From assembly GCA_965203905.1 (NCBI GenBank), contig CBDBDQ010000005.1, positions 7,136,001 through 7,200,000 of the forward strand: DNA of 64,000 nt. Direction: 5' to 3'. Made by a program: the position numbers and the translations under genes. The DNA comes from Spirochaetia bacterium. Its GTDB lineage: Bacteria; Spirochaetota; Spirochaetia; SZUA-6; Bin103. Below, in pieces: positions 50,101-57,564 of the stretch (within the stretch, counting starts at the first letter, position 1; every line of letters starts with the position of its first letter). Under the pieces are notes generated by a model, which made no database searches, was not told the DNA's origin, and saw only the letters and a list, made by a program, of their open reading frames with translations.

Positions 50101-51260
50101 GACACCGGCGCGAAGGTGCGCCGCTGCATCATCAGCACCACCTTGAGCAGGGCGCAGCCGAACGCCGCGGCCTCCATGTGGCCGACGTTGCTCTTGACGC
50201 CGGACACGCGCAGCGGTGCTTCCCGGCCGCTGCCGCCGAACGCCTCGCCGATGGCGTTGCCCTCGATGCGGTCGCCGACCACGGTGCCGGTGGCGTGCGC
50301 CTCGACGTAGTCGAAATCCTCCGGCGTGCGGCCGGCACGCGCGCTGGCCTCCCGCATCAGTCCCACCTGAGCGTGGCGGGTGGGGGCGGTGATGTAGCGC
50401 CCCTGCGCCAGGCCGACGCTGCCGTCGGCCGCACCGGCGGCGTTCACGGCGGTCGCCTCGACGACCGCGTGGATCGGATCGCCGTCGCGTTCCGCCGCCG
50501 CCAGCGGCTTGATTGCGAACACGAAGGCCCCTTCCGAGCGCAGGTAGCCGTTGGCGTCCGCGTCGAAGGAGTGGCATTTGCCCTCGGGACTGATCACCCC
50601 GAGCGCATTGAAGCCGGCGCTCTGCCGGGACGATCCCAGGTAGCTGGCCGTCGCGACCACAGCCTGCTCGCAGTCGCCGGTGCGCAGCGCGTTCAGTGCA
50701 TCGTGCAGTGCGGTCAGGCTGGCGGAGCAGGCCGTGCAGCACGTCAGCGAGGGACCCATCAGGTTGAAATGGTAGGAAATGCGATTGGCGAGCATGGCCA
50801 GGCTGATGCTGGGGACGGTGAACTCATTGGAGCCGAGCGGCGACCGCCAGTTGGAATGGGAAGGCACCTGCGCGCCGACGAACACGCCGGTGCGGCTGTT
50901 GTGCAGCGCGTGCAGGTCCCAACCGGCGCGCTCGCAGGTCTCCCAGGTACAGGTCAGCAGCATGCGCACGTGCGGATCGGCGGTGAGCATCTCATTGTGC
51001 GACATACCGAACAGGTTGCGGTCGAACAGCATTTCGCGCCCGTCGCGGATCAGCCCCTCGTAGGGACTGGCTAACCGGCCGGGCCCGGAGAATTTGCCGA
51101 TCGGCCGGAAGCCACGATCGTAGCGGTCGACGATCGGCTCGCGCACGATCTCGCGCTCGCTGAGCAGCCTCCAGAAGTCGTCGTCGGAAACGATTCCGCC
51201 GGGCATGCGATGGCTGTACCCGACGATCGCCACCGGTTCGTGGGCGTGCGGCGCTTTCAT
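44148..51260 (-). CDS. swfA: Mono-modular highly reducing type I PKS/FAS, KS-AT-DH-pseudoMT-ER-KR-ACP (SwfA-like)
   Basis: KS TACSAS/EAHATGT/KSNVGH; AT GHSSG and AFHS; DH HRVHHASIMP; ER HSAMGGVG; KR GAFGGFG, LDD, YSAAN; ACP FGLTSIS. No TE domain. Confidence 0.9.
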   Translation of the reverse strand: MKAPHAHEPVAIVGYSHRMPGGIVSDDDFWRLLSEREIVREPIVDRYDRGFRPIGKFSGPGRLASPYEGLIRDGREMLFDRNLFGMSHNEMLTADPHVRMLLTCTWETCERAGWDLHALHNSRTGVFVGAQVPSHSNWRSPLGSNEFTVPSISLAMLANRISYHFNLMGPSLTCCTACSASLTALHDALNALRTGDCEQAVVATASYLGSSRQSAGFNALGVISPEGKCHSFDADANGYLRSEGAFVFAIKPLAAAERDGDPIHAVVEATAVNAAGAADGSVGLAQGRYITAPTRHAQVGLMREASARAGRTPEDFDYVEAHATGTVVGDRIEGNAIGEAFGGSGREAPLRVSGVKSNVGHMEAAAFGCALLKVVLMMQRRTFAPVSRNHLVPNPEIDFDGLGMQVQTECEPFPDHPVVVGINSFGFGGSNGHCVVREYRPEQPRIWSLPLAPRAGYLVPLSARTGGSLVESARRLQQALDAPPADLYTLAGNLSRRRTHFAVRAAFAVHDTEQLKEALDAFVENSEPVATVDEGRRRLLMVFTGQGTQWAGCGRALYDAHPVFRRAVDAIEEQWLEHSDTSLRAAAFEAPQAELNECRLAQPVTYMLQCALVELFKTWGVYPDCVVGHSSGEVAAAYASGALPLAEATRLVYHRATLQQRTAGSGRMLPIGLDLAGVERLLHELEIPFRAENGAAPPVEIACENAPASTVICGREEALRPVVEELERRNLQHRLLPGNIAFHSAAMDQLEEDAHEALSFLNDAEFDAAVPFVSAVTGKRTERLDNAYWWTNIRRRVRFATALETAVRDFRPDVVLELAPHSALQSSIVQCLESNASSAVSIPTLRRDIDVCLGFHEALGALFRAGVELDFAAQYPRPEPVAHLLPGYPRSEQTAADEMSDDEMFLQAAEYAHGPLIGHRVPCDHLLFEGRLSERDFPWLAEHRVHHASIMPAAGYIELLLQAFGGAPLYVETLEFLQPCPIPRTPVRLQTELFPVTGAPGHYTFTISSRAYDVDAKSELHSRGTLRLVSDDHPVTGPQRLADIDSSRFEPYYYVGETDFYERLEASLGETFQYGPHFRNIQRVLWEDSTANYLFDVEMDQQLWLDGREEGYVVNPALLDGALQIFLYHLLHATDIFSMPRRAVGLTFLRPPTGPRLTCYVEKEPDWADVNELGQYTERRGDRSGGSIRVYDGATGELVLSIDAYLSFNSNPSWNDRPHSKHAVSWQPKFVPEARSLLPRLAGGDEDEIDPAALIAALEQRYACHVIEVAGMRAPEQAIVNRCLDYLGSAPAQTEYWLLGNTDELVRAHYDAYHNRDAALRFAVLDPAADRALELNTGLLRPHAAEILLLHDEAAAYGPEQWRLLRRLAVPGGLALVCHDGGTAAADSGNCDASEPGSGWDAGGWSTVRCGRRATLLQAPLATPEAAEPPQLAAPRWVIGEPGSLADEWLARLEQVGSPAAAIPYAELADDRVAELADWPHAADLRAIDFLCGDHPDDPTGEKLAWRLVAFVKALIPYRVAQAQAQCRLTVVTRQAVFEVNEPRASAVWGALRAITEEVAADAGTAARIDFRLVDLGAREDLDALARLDGCDLRERELAIRGNRFWVPRLVSLRERFAHVPAGEDAAYRLSLDNPGQIGGLQMKSYEPAPLGAHDVEIEVAAAALNFRDVMVTLGLLPSSSFERSALGRTVGLEASGVVRRAGESVRTCRVGDAVVFTQGGCIANRAVVKDYLVFVKPEALSMEHAASVLSVYVTAYYSLIHLARLRKGQRVLVHSAMGGVGQAAIALARHAGAEIYATAGSESKREQLRELGVQAAFDSHSLDWYDELLAATGGEGVDVVLNSLAGRHIALCLEALRPGGWHCEIGKVDIYADNALSLSVFRKNLRFAAVDVDRLMNDDPYLTRELSQECLDLLEQGAVPPLPITTFPYRDYEEPLRLMTTGQHTGKLVLQAPPAAADDSHDPLSVADLRPYLDSEATYLVTGAFGGFGRLLLPYLATAGARHITLLDRNPQHGRSADWLRKTSALFYLSDDIEIDIVAGDVAEETDVRRCIATLGRPLKGVFHLAGALDDCLLADLTPESLAKVFAPKARGALNLHRATADCDLDHFVLFSSIASTLGNPGQINYSAANGFVDGLAALRRGQGLPALSYNLAAVAEAGMAARNLHVLRMSRAGGVPPISADFAITNLDYAMRAMGDRDHLVTALFSRPPWTVDSPDYLRTGRVLSNQDAFAVDAGGLLTQEAVVEQIAAKVAELCGHDEGSPEEPLSSFGLTSISVAELGAFIRMQFNYQVSALELMTTATCLSLAEAIMLGDQGGDDEEAGAETAGAQQAEAEIPPARRVPSVFGSTPADHFPNGAAATADSLTKPS

Positions 51261-51305
51261 ATCGGTGTTGTTGCTCCTAGTCCGTACCGGTCTTGGCCTT
51301 GCGTA

Positions 51306-51623
51306 CTAACCGGAACGCGAACCCTTGAATGTCGCCAGTCGCTGCCGCGGGCCATCGACGGTACCGCTGATGTTGTCGCCGTCGACTATCGCCGTGTACG
51401 TGATCGTGCGTTCACGCCGAATCACCGGCAGCGTCACGTTCGACTCCCAGCGGACCGCGTTGTTCTTGACCTTGCCGTTGTCGAACTCAAGCGTGCGCTT
51501 GTGCTTGTCGCCGGCCAGTGAGCCGGCGGCGGTCGCACCGTCGGTCTTGAGCGTCAACCGTGCGGTCCGGTTGCCCCGGACGGTCTCAAACTCCAGGTCC
51601 CAGACGCCGTCCATCTCGCTCAT
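51306..51623 (-). CDS. Small beta-barrel hypothetical protein upstream of the PKS
   Basis: DGVWDLEFETVRG...VDGDNISGTV; AGGAAAGG RBS; co-oriented with the PKS. Confidence 0.65.
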   Translation of the reverse strand: MSEMDGVWDLEFETVRGNRTARLTLKTDGATAAGSLAGDKHKRTLEFDNGKVKNNAVRWESNVTLPVIRRERTITYTAIVDGDNISGTVDGPRQRLATFKGSRSG

Positions 51624-51794
51624 CACTTACCTTTCCTTTTGTAACGGGTTTCCAGTTATGATCGTGCAAAAGACAGGGAAATTCAATACCGATTGCACTT
51701 TGCACCGCGTGAATCATGTCGCGATAGTTGCGCTGCACGAGCGCAGACCAGCACATCGGCGACGTATCCATGGCGCATGTGCGTGTGCCTACTG

Positions 51795-51803
51795 TGCTAT
51801 GAT
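51795..51803 (+). promoter_or_regulatory. Extended -10 element (TGCTATGAT) upstream of the NCS2 permease
   Basis: TGnTATGAT ~20 bp before ATG 51824. Confidence 0.45.
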
Positions 51804-51823
51804 CCTGGCGCGTCAGTCGTCGC

Positions 51824-53584
51824 ATGTCAGCAGACCGGAATCAGGACAACATCCCCGAGCAGGATGTCCGCTTCGAGCCGGACGAGAGTCCGCGCCCACT
51901 GCTGGCCCTCGGTCTGGCCGCGCAGTACGCCACGCTGTATCTCGCCAGCATGGTGGTCACCGTGCTGGTCGTGGTGCGCAGCGCCGGCCTGGAGGACTCC
52001 TACCTGTCGTGGGCGGTGTTCGCGGGCCTGATCGTGAGCGGCCTGACCACGATGCTGCAGACGGCTCGGCGGCCGCGGATGGGCTCGGGTCATCTCCTGG
52101 TGATGGGTCCTTCCGGCGCCTTCATCGCCGTTGCCATCACCGCACTGGTGGAGGGCGGTCCCGCGCTGCTCGCCACCCTCGTCATGCTGTCATCGTTGGC
52201 GCAGTTCAGGATCGCGCGCCGCCTGTACACCCTGCGGCGGGTGATTACGCCGACGGTGTCGAGTACCGTCATCATGCTGATCCCGGTCACGCTGGCGCCG
52301 GTCATCTTCGACCTGTTCGCGCGGACGCCAACGGACGCGTCGGCCGCGGCGGCGCCGCTGGCTGGAGGCGCGACGCTGGCGGTGATGATGGTCCTGACCT
52401 TGCGCACGCGCGGCCTGGCGCGGCTGTGGGCTCCGGTCGTGGGCGTGCTGTGCGGGTGTGTGGTGGGAGCGGCGTTCGGCATCTACGACGTGCAGCGGGT
52501 CATGGACGCGGCCTGGATCGGGATTCCCCGTTTTGCCGCGTGGCCCGGGCTCGACTTCCCTGCCCTGCGCCACTATTTCTGGCTCATACCATCGTTCAGC
52601 TTCGCCGCCGTGGTCGGTGCCATCGAGACGGTGGGCGATGCGGTCGCCATTCAGAAGATCTCCTGGCGCCAGCCGCGGGCGACCGACTACCGCCGGGTGC
52701 AGGGCGCCGTGGCCGCCGACGGCATCGGCAACCTGCTCTCCGGTCTCGCCGGCACGCTGCCGACCACTACCTATTCCACCAGCGTCGCCATGGCCGAGAT
52801 CACGGGTGTTGCGGCGCGGCGCGTAGGCGTATTCGCCGGCCTGGTGTTCCTGGTGCTGGCGTTCTTCCCGAAGATCGCCTCCCTGATACTTGCGATTCCC
52901 AGTCCGGTCGCCGGCGCTTTCACGCTGGCACTGGCGTCGGTGCTGTTCACCCTGGGCCTGAGGCTCGCCGTCGCCTCCGGGCTGGATTACCGCAAGAGCG
53001 CGATCGTGGGGATTTCGTTCTGGGTGGGGGTCGGATTCCAGAACGGCTGGATATTTCCGGAGCTGGTGGTGGGACGCTGGGCCCTGCTGCTGGGCAACGG
53101 CATGACGGCGGGCGGCATCATGGCGATCATCCTGTCGCTGATCCTGGAGCCGCCCGGGCGCTGGCGTCGGCGCACGCTGGACCTGGACCGGGCCGCGATC
53201 ACCGCCGTGGACCAGTTCGTGGTGAGCCTGGCGTCACAGCGCGGCTGGAGCGAGCGCGCCAAGAACCCGTTACGGGCCGCCTGCGAAGAAGTGGTCCTTT
53301 TGCTCAAGGGCGAAGACGATCCGTTCGCGGACGAGGACGCGCAGCCGCGTCGGCGCCTGAGAGTCTCGGCGCGCGTCGCGCGCGATCTCGCGGACCTGGA
53401 GTTCGTCGCCGGCTCGGGATGGGGCAACATCGAAGACGAGATCGCGACTCTCGGCGAGCCTGACGACTCGATCACGGGATCTGACAGCTCGCTGCGCCTG
53501 CTGCGCCACTACGCCTCGTCCGTGCGCCACCAGAAGTACCGCAAGACTGACGTGGTGACGATCTCGGTGAAGCGCGGCGACTGA
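51824..53584 (+). CDS. NCS2 (xanthine/uracil) permease with a C-terminal HATPase_c-like domain
   Basis: First-helix QY (usually QH), MGPSGAFI, IETVGD, ADGIGNLLSG, ITGVAARRVG and FFPKIA, plus a ~130-aa soluble tail. Confidence 0.85.
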   Translation: MSADRNQDNIPEQDVRFEPDESPRPLLALGLAAQYATLYLASMVVTVLVVVRSAGLEDSYLSWAVFAGLIVSGLTTMLQTARRPRMGSGHLLVMGPSGAFIAVAITALVEGGPALLATLVMLSSLAQFRIARRLYTLRRVITPTVSSTVIMLIPVTLAPVIFDLFARTPTDASAAAAPLAGGATLAVMMVLTLRTRGLARLWAPVVGVLCGCVVGAAFGIYDVQRVMDAAWIGIPRFAAWPGLDFPALRHYFWLIPSFSFAAVVGAIETVGDAVAIQKISWRQPRATDYRRVQGAVAADGIGNLLSGLAGTLPTTTYSTSVAMAEITGVAARRVGVFAGLVFLVLAFFPKIASLILAIPSPVAGAFTLALASVLFTLGLRLAVASGLDYRKSAIVGISFWVGVGFQNGWIFPELVVGRWALLLGNGMTAGGIMAIILSLILEPPGRWRRRTLDLDRAAITAVDQFVVSLASQRGWSERAKNPLRAACEEVVLLLKGEDDPFADEDAQPRRRLRVSARVARDLADLEFVAGSGWGNIEDEIATLGEPDDSITGSDSSLRLLRHYASSVRHQKYRKTDVVTISVKRGD

Positions 53585-53641
53585 CCGCGAGCGGCCGGCG
53601 GCAGCCCCCTTGCGGGGCACGCCAGCCGGCCGAATTCGCGG
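53585..53641. terminator. Long GC-rich hairpin between convergent genes
   Basis: Nested arms CCGCGA/TCGCGG, GGCCGGC/GCCGGCC and GCCCC/GGGGC around a TTGC loop. Confidence 0.55.
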
Positions 53642-53675
53642 CGGATTGCGTGCGTTGCTCGGTGTGGGCGAGTTG

Positions 53676-54047
53676 CTATAGTGCAGCCTCAATGTCCGCG
53701 GCGCTCCGCTCCAGGCGCTCGGCAAACGCGGCCAGCCCCGGCGCGCTCTCCTTCAGCGCCGCCCGGTCCGGGTTGAAGGCCACGCTCCACGCCTTGAGAC
53801 CCGCCAGCGCCAGCTCCGCGTTGTCGCGGTCCACCTCGACACTGTCGGACGCCGCATCGGAACGCTCCAGCAGCGCTCCCAGGCGTGCGGAGGAACTGTC
53901 GAGCCGGTCGACGAAGGCGGCCAGTCCCGGCGCGCCCTTCTGGATCGCGCTGGCGTCCGGATTGAAAGCCGAACGTATCTTCCTGACCGCGCCCAACAAC
54001 GACTCTACGTCTTCACGCCTGAACGTGATGCTTCCTGATCCTCCCAT
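53676..54047 (-). CDS. Hypothetical helical protein with an internal duplication
   Basis: Two copies of AFNPDxxAxxxxAPGLAAFxxRLxxS; GAGGAGAG RBS. Confidence 0.7.
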   Translation of the reverse strand: MGGSGSITFRREDVESLLGAVRKIRSAFNPDASAIQKGAPGLAAFVDRLDSSSARLGALLERSDAASDSVEVDRDNAELALAGLKAWSVAFNPDRAALKESAPGLAAFAERLERSAADIEAAL

Positions 54048-54198
54048 TCTCCCTCTCCTCGATGCTGATGGTATACTTGGTTGGTACCTCGCGAGGCCAC
54101 GCTGTCATGCGCATCCGCGGTACGGCCCCAACCATCGCCGCAACCGGGCTTCGCTGTCAAGATAGTGTACCCGTAGTTCAGCTACTTCTCCGGAATGG

Positions 54199-54675
54199 CT
54201 ACGCGCGGGGCCCGGCGATGGGCGCGATGCGCGGCCGCTCCATGGCCTCCCAGTCGGCATAGCGCATCTGCACCGAGTGGCGGTGACTGCCGGCGTTGAA
54301 GTTGATCTGCTCGTTGTCGGCCAGCCCGAGGTCGCACACCGTTTCCAGGTCGAACAGGCTGCCGAACGGCGGCACCGCGCCGGGTGTGAGCCCGGTGAGC
54401 TCCAGCAGCTCGTCGCGCGAGGCGAAGCGGATGCGCCGGCTGCCGACGGCGGCGCGCAGCGCCCGGCTGTCCAGTGCACGATCCGCCGGCAGCACCGCCA
54501 GCAGGAAGCGGTCACCGCCTTTCAGCACCAGCGCCTTGGCGCCGCTGTGCAGCGGCGCGCCCCGCACCGCGGCCGCCTCCTCGCTGGTCCTTACCGCGGC
54601 ATGCTCACTCTCGGTGAACACAACCCCGGCCTCCTGCAGCCGGGCCAGCAGTCGGTCGCGCACCGCGGCAGCCAT
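54199..54675 (-). CDS. YbaK/ProX aminoacyl-tRNA deacylase
   Basis: GAKALVLK, TGLTPGAVPPFG and FNAGSH. Confidence 0.9.
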   Translation of the reverse strand: MAAAVRDRLLARLQEAGVVFTESEHAAVRTSEEAAAVRGAPLHSGAKALVLKGGDRFLLAVLPADRALDSRALRAAVGSRRIRFASRDELLELTGLTPGAVPPFGSLFDLETVCDLGLADNEQINFNAGSHRHSVQMRYADWEAMERPRIAPIAGPRA

Positions 54676-54681
54676 GGGCTG

Positions 54682-56025
54682 CTAGGCGGGCTGCCGGTAC
54701 AGCGTGCCGGCGGCGAACGCTTGCTCGAACTCCTCGTTCGAGGCGAAGCGCCAGCCGAAGGCGCGGTCCCAGATGGACGGCTTCTCCATGCACAGGTACA
54801 GGAACACGCGCCCGCGCCACGGCGCCAGCGCGCGGTACATGGTTTGGAACATCTCCACCTTCAGGTCGTCGGGATAGGTCAGCTTGCCGTGGGGATCCTT
54901 GACCAGCCGCGTCTGCAGGATCCGGGTCGGTTCGCCACGACGCCTGATCTCCCTGATCACGGGCTTGATGAAGGTGACCGAGCCGAACGAAACGAACAGC
55001 ACCTCGGCCGGGTCGAAGCACTCCATGAGGCGCCCGGCCAGCGCCGGATAGTCGTGCTCCCAGCCGGCGTAGTGGACCATGGGATGGAAGTGGAAGGCCA
55101 CCTTGACGCCGCCGTCCGCAATCCGCCGTGCCGCGCGCAGGCGCTGATCCAGCGAGGCGGTGAAGTGCTCCTCGTGCTCCACCACCGGATCGGTGTTGAG
55201 GGACCAGCTGCACACCACGTTCGGCGGCACGCGGCGCCCCGGCTCCAGGAACCAGGTGACGTTCGCCGACTTGGTCTTGAACTCCAGCAGCACGTCCGGC
55301 TGCTGCGCCGCGAATCCGCACAGATCATCCAGGATGCCGCCGCGGTTGCCCCAGACCAGCGAATCGGAAGACTGCCCGGTGCCGACGTGGTAGAAGCGTC
55401 CGGGCTCCAACTCCAGCCGGCGCAGCTTGGCGCCCAGGTCGGGGTCCAACGCCACGCGGTCGCCGTAGAAAGTCTGGATGGTGCAGTAGCTGCAGCCGAA
55501 GGCACAGTTCTTGACCGCGTCGATGGTCTTCAGATTGCAGCACAGGGTACGCTCCGAGCGCACCGGACAGTCCCCGAACACCTCCTCGTCAGGGTCGCCG
55601 GCGACCACGTGCAGCGGCGGGCGCTGCGGCTGCGCTGACCCCGCCGCCGGATAGCGCGTGGGCGACTCGCGCAGGCCGTCGGTGTGCTCGCGGAGGCGCC
55701 GCAGGAGCTGCCGCTTGCGGGTCCGGGCCGGTCCCGACGCCGGCACCTCCGCTTCCGCATCCCGCCACCATTCCTCCAACCCCGGTTCGCCCCACATCTC
55801 CAGGTCGCGCGCCGCCTCGCACAGCAGCCTCATCTCCTGAACGGTGAGCCGGTAGCGCGCATGCACCATCCTGACTGCGCTCTGCTGTGCAGGCGGCAGG
55901 ACGTCGTACAGCGTGCCGCGGACCAGCTCGGTCCAACGTGCGTCGGGCAGGTGTCGGTTCGGATGCTCGGTGATGACAGCCATGGGCCCGCTCGAATGAT
56001 ACGATTCGCCGTACCTCTCGGCCAA
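54682..56025 (-). CDS. Spore-photoproduct-lyase-like radical SAM protein
   Basis: CAFGCSYC (CxxxCxxC), GTGQSSDSL, LEFKTKS, SWSLN, FHFHPMV and YLCME. Confidence 0.82.
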   Translation of the reverse strand: MAERYGESYHSSGPMAVITEHPNRHLPDARWTELVRGTLYDVLPPAQQSAVRMVHARYRLTVQEMRLLCEAARDLEMWGEPGLEEWWRDAEAEVPASGPARTRKRQLLRRLREHTDGLRESPTRYPAAGSAQPQRPPLHVVAGDPDEEVFGDCPVRSERTLCCNLKTIDAVKNCAFGCSYCTIQTFYGDRVALDPDLGAKLRRLELEPGRFYHVGTGQSSDSLVWGNRGGILDDLCGFAAQQPDVLLEFKTKSANVTWFLEPGRRVPPNVVCSWSLNTDPVVEHEEHFTASLDQRLRAARRIADGGVKVAFHFHPMVHYAGWEHDYPALAGRLMECFDPAEVLFVSFGSVTFIKPVIREIRRRGEPTRILQTRLVKDPHGKLTYPDDLKVEMFQTMYRALAPWRGRVFLYLCMEKPSIWDRAFGWRFASNEEFEQAFAAGTLYRQPA

Positions 56026-56118
56026 GCGCTGGAGAGACTATTCGATGCTGCGAAGTGCGTGGGCTGTGCCGACCCGAGGGTTGACGCAGCGGCCCCCCGG
56101 GCGCCAGCATGTCGCCAG

Positions 56119-57564
56119 GTGACCAAGGCACTTTCGGAGGAACGAGGTCTGAGGAGTCGGCGCGCGCTTCCGCCCGGACCGCGTGGAGTACCGTTTGTCG
56201 GCAACGCGCTGCAGTTCCGCCGCGACCCGCTGGGCTTCCTCACCCGCGCGGCGCGCGACCACGGCGATATCGTACGGCTCACCGCCGGCAGGCAGGAACT
56301 GGTGTTCATCAACCACCCGGCCCTGCTGGAGAGCGTGCTCGCCACCAACGCCCGCAGGTTCACCCGCAGCAAGTCGAAGCCGCCCACCCGCCTGGACTAC
56401 TTCCTGGCCGGGGGGGAGGATGTATACCGGGTGATCAACTTCCCCGGCGACGAGGACTTCTGGGTGCGCGAGCGGCATCGCTTCAACCCTTCCCTCAAGG
56501 GCAGCGCGCTGGGCCGCTACGGTCCCACCATGGTGCGCATGGCAGAGCGGCATGCCTCGACCTGGAGCGAGGGTGAGGTGCGCGAGGTGCACCGCGAGAT
56601 GCTGCGCATCACCCTGGACATCGTGCTCAACGCCCTTTACGGGGTCGACTTTCCCGGCGACCGCGAGCACATCCTGGACACCTGCGAGACCATCGTGCGC
56701 GACATCACCCATCGCGCCACCCACCCGTTCCAGGCCCCGCCGATCGTCCCGACGCGGGAGAACCGGGTGCTGCGGAAGGCGGTCGCCGATGGCCGCAGGC
56801 TGGTGGAACGGATCATCCGTGAGCATCCGGAAGTCCACGCCGAGGGGGGCGACCTGATCGACATGCTGGGCCGTGCCGGCGAGCACGAGCCCAATCTGCT
56901 GCAGAACCCGGAGTGGCAGTACCAGATCATTGCCCTGCTCATCGCCGGCCACGAGACCACCGCGGTGGCGCTGACCTGGACCTGGTACCTGCTGGCGCAA
57001 CACCCATCCATCGCCGAACGGCTCTACACCGAGGTGGATAACGTCCTCGACGGCCGCCTGCCGCGCAAGGCCGACCTGGCGGCGCTGCCCTGGTGCGACG
57101 CGGTGTTCAAGGAGGCGCTGCGTCTCTATCCGCCGGTGCCGATCATTCCGCGCATGGCGTACGAGGAGTTCAGCCTCGGCGACTATCCGGTGGCGCCGGG
57201 CAGCGTGGTCCTGATCTGTCCCTGGGTGACCCACCGCGACGAGCGCTTCTTTGCCGCCGCGGAACGGTTCCAGCCGCACCGCTGGCTGGAGGGGCCCGAG
57301 CCGCGGCGTTACACCTACCTGCCCTTCAGCGGCGGCCCGCGCACCTGCATCGGGGCGAGCTTCGCCACCGCCGAGGCGATTCTGGCCATCGCCCGCATCG
57401 CCCAGCAGTACCGCCTGGAGCTGACCGCCGGGGAGGAGCCGCGTCCGGCCCCCTGGGTCGGCCTGCGCCCGCACAACGGCATGCCGATGCAGGTCGCCGC
57501 CCGCACGCGGCCGGTCCGGGCGGCCCACCGAGACTCGGAGCGGCGCGCTACAGATCCAGCATGA
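56119..57564 (+). CDS. Cytochrome P450
   Basis: PPGP, AGHETT (I helix), EALR (ExxR) and FSGGPRTCIG (heme Cys). Start is uncertain. Confidence 0.93.
   Translation: MTKALSEERGLRSRRALPPGPRGVPFVGNALQFRRDPLGFLTRAARDHGDIVRLTAGRQELVFINHPALLESVLATNARRFTRSKSKPPTRLDYFLAGGEDVYRVINFPGDEDFWVRERHRFNPSLKGSALGRYGPTMVRMAERHASTWSEGEVREVHREMLRITLDIVLNALYGVDFPGDREHILDTCETIVRDITHRATHPFQAPPIVPTRENRVLRKAVADGRRLVERIIREHPEVHAEGGDLIDMLGRAGEHEPNLLQNPEWQYQIIALLIAGHETTAVALTWTWYLLAQHPSIAERLYTEVDNVLDGRLPRKADLAALPWCDAVFKEALRLYPPVPIIPRMAYEEFSLGDYPVAPGSVVLICPWVTHRDERFFAAAERFQPHRWLEGPEPRRYTYLPFSGGPRTCIGASFATAEAILAIARIAQQYRLELTAGEEPRPAPWVGLRPHNGMPMQVAARTRPVRAAHRDSERRATDPA

Noticed and set aside
54682-56025. Radical SAM gene as swfC
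   Set aside because: Its motifs are SPL-like and it is separated from the PKS operon by unrelated genes.
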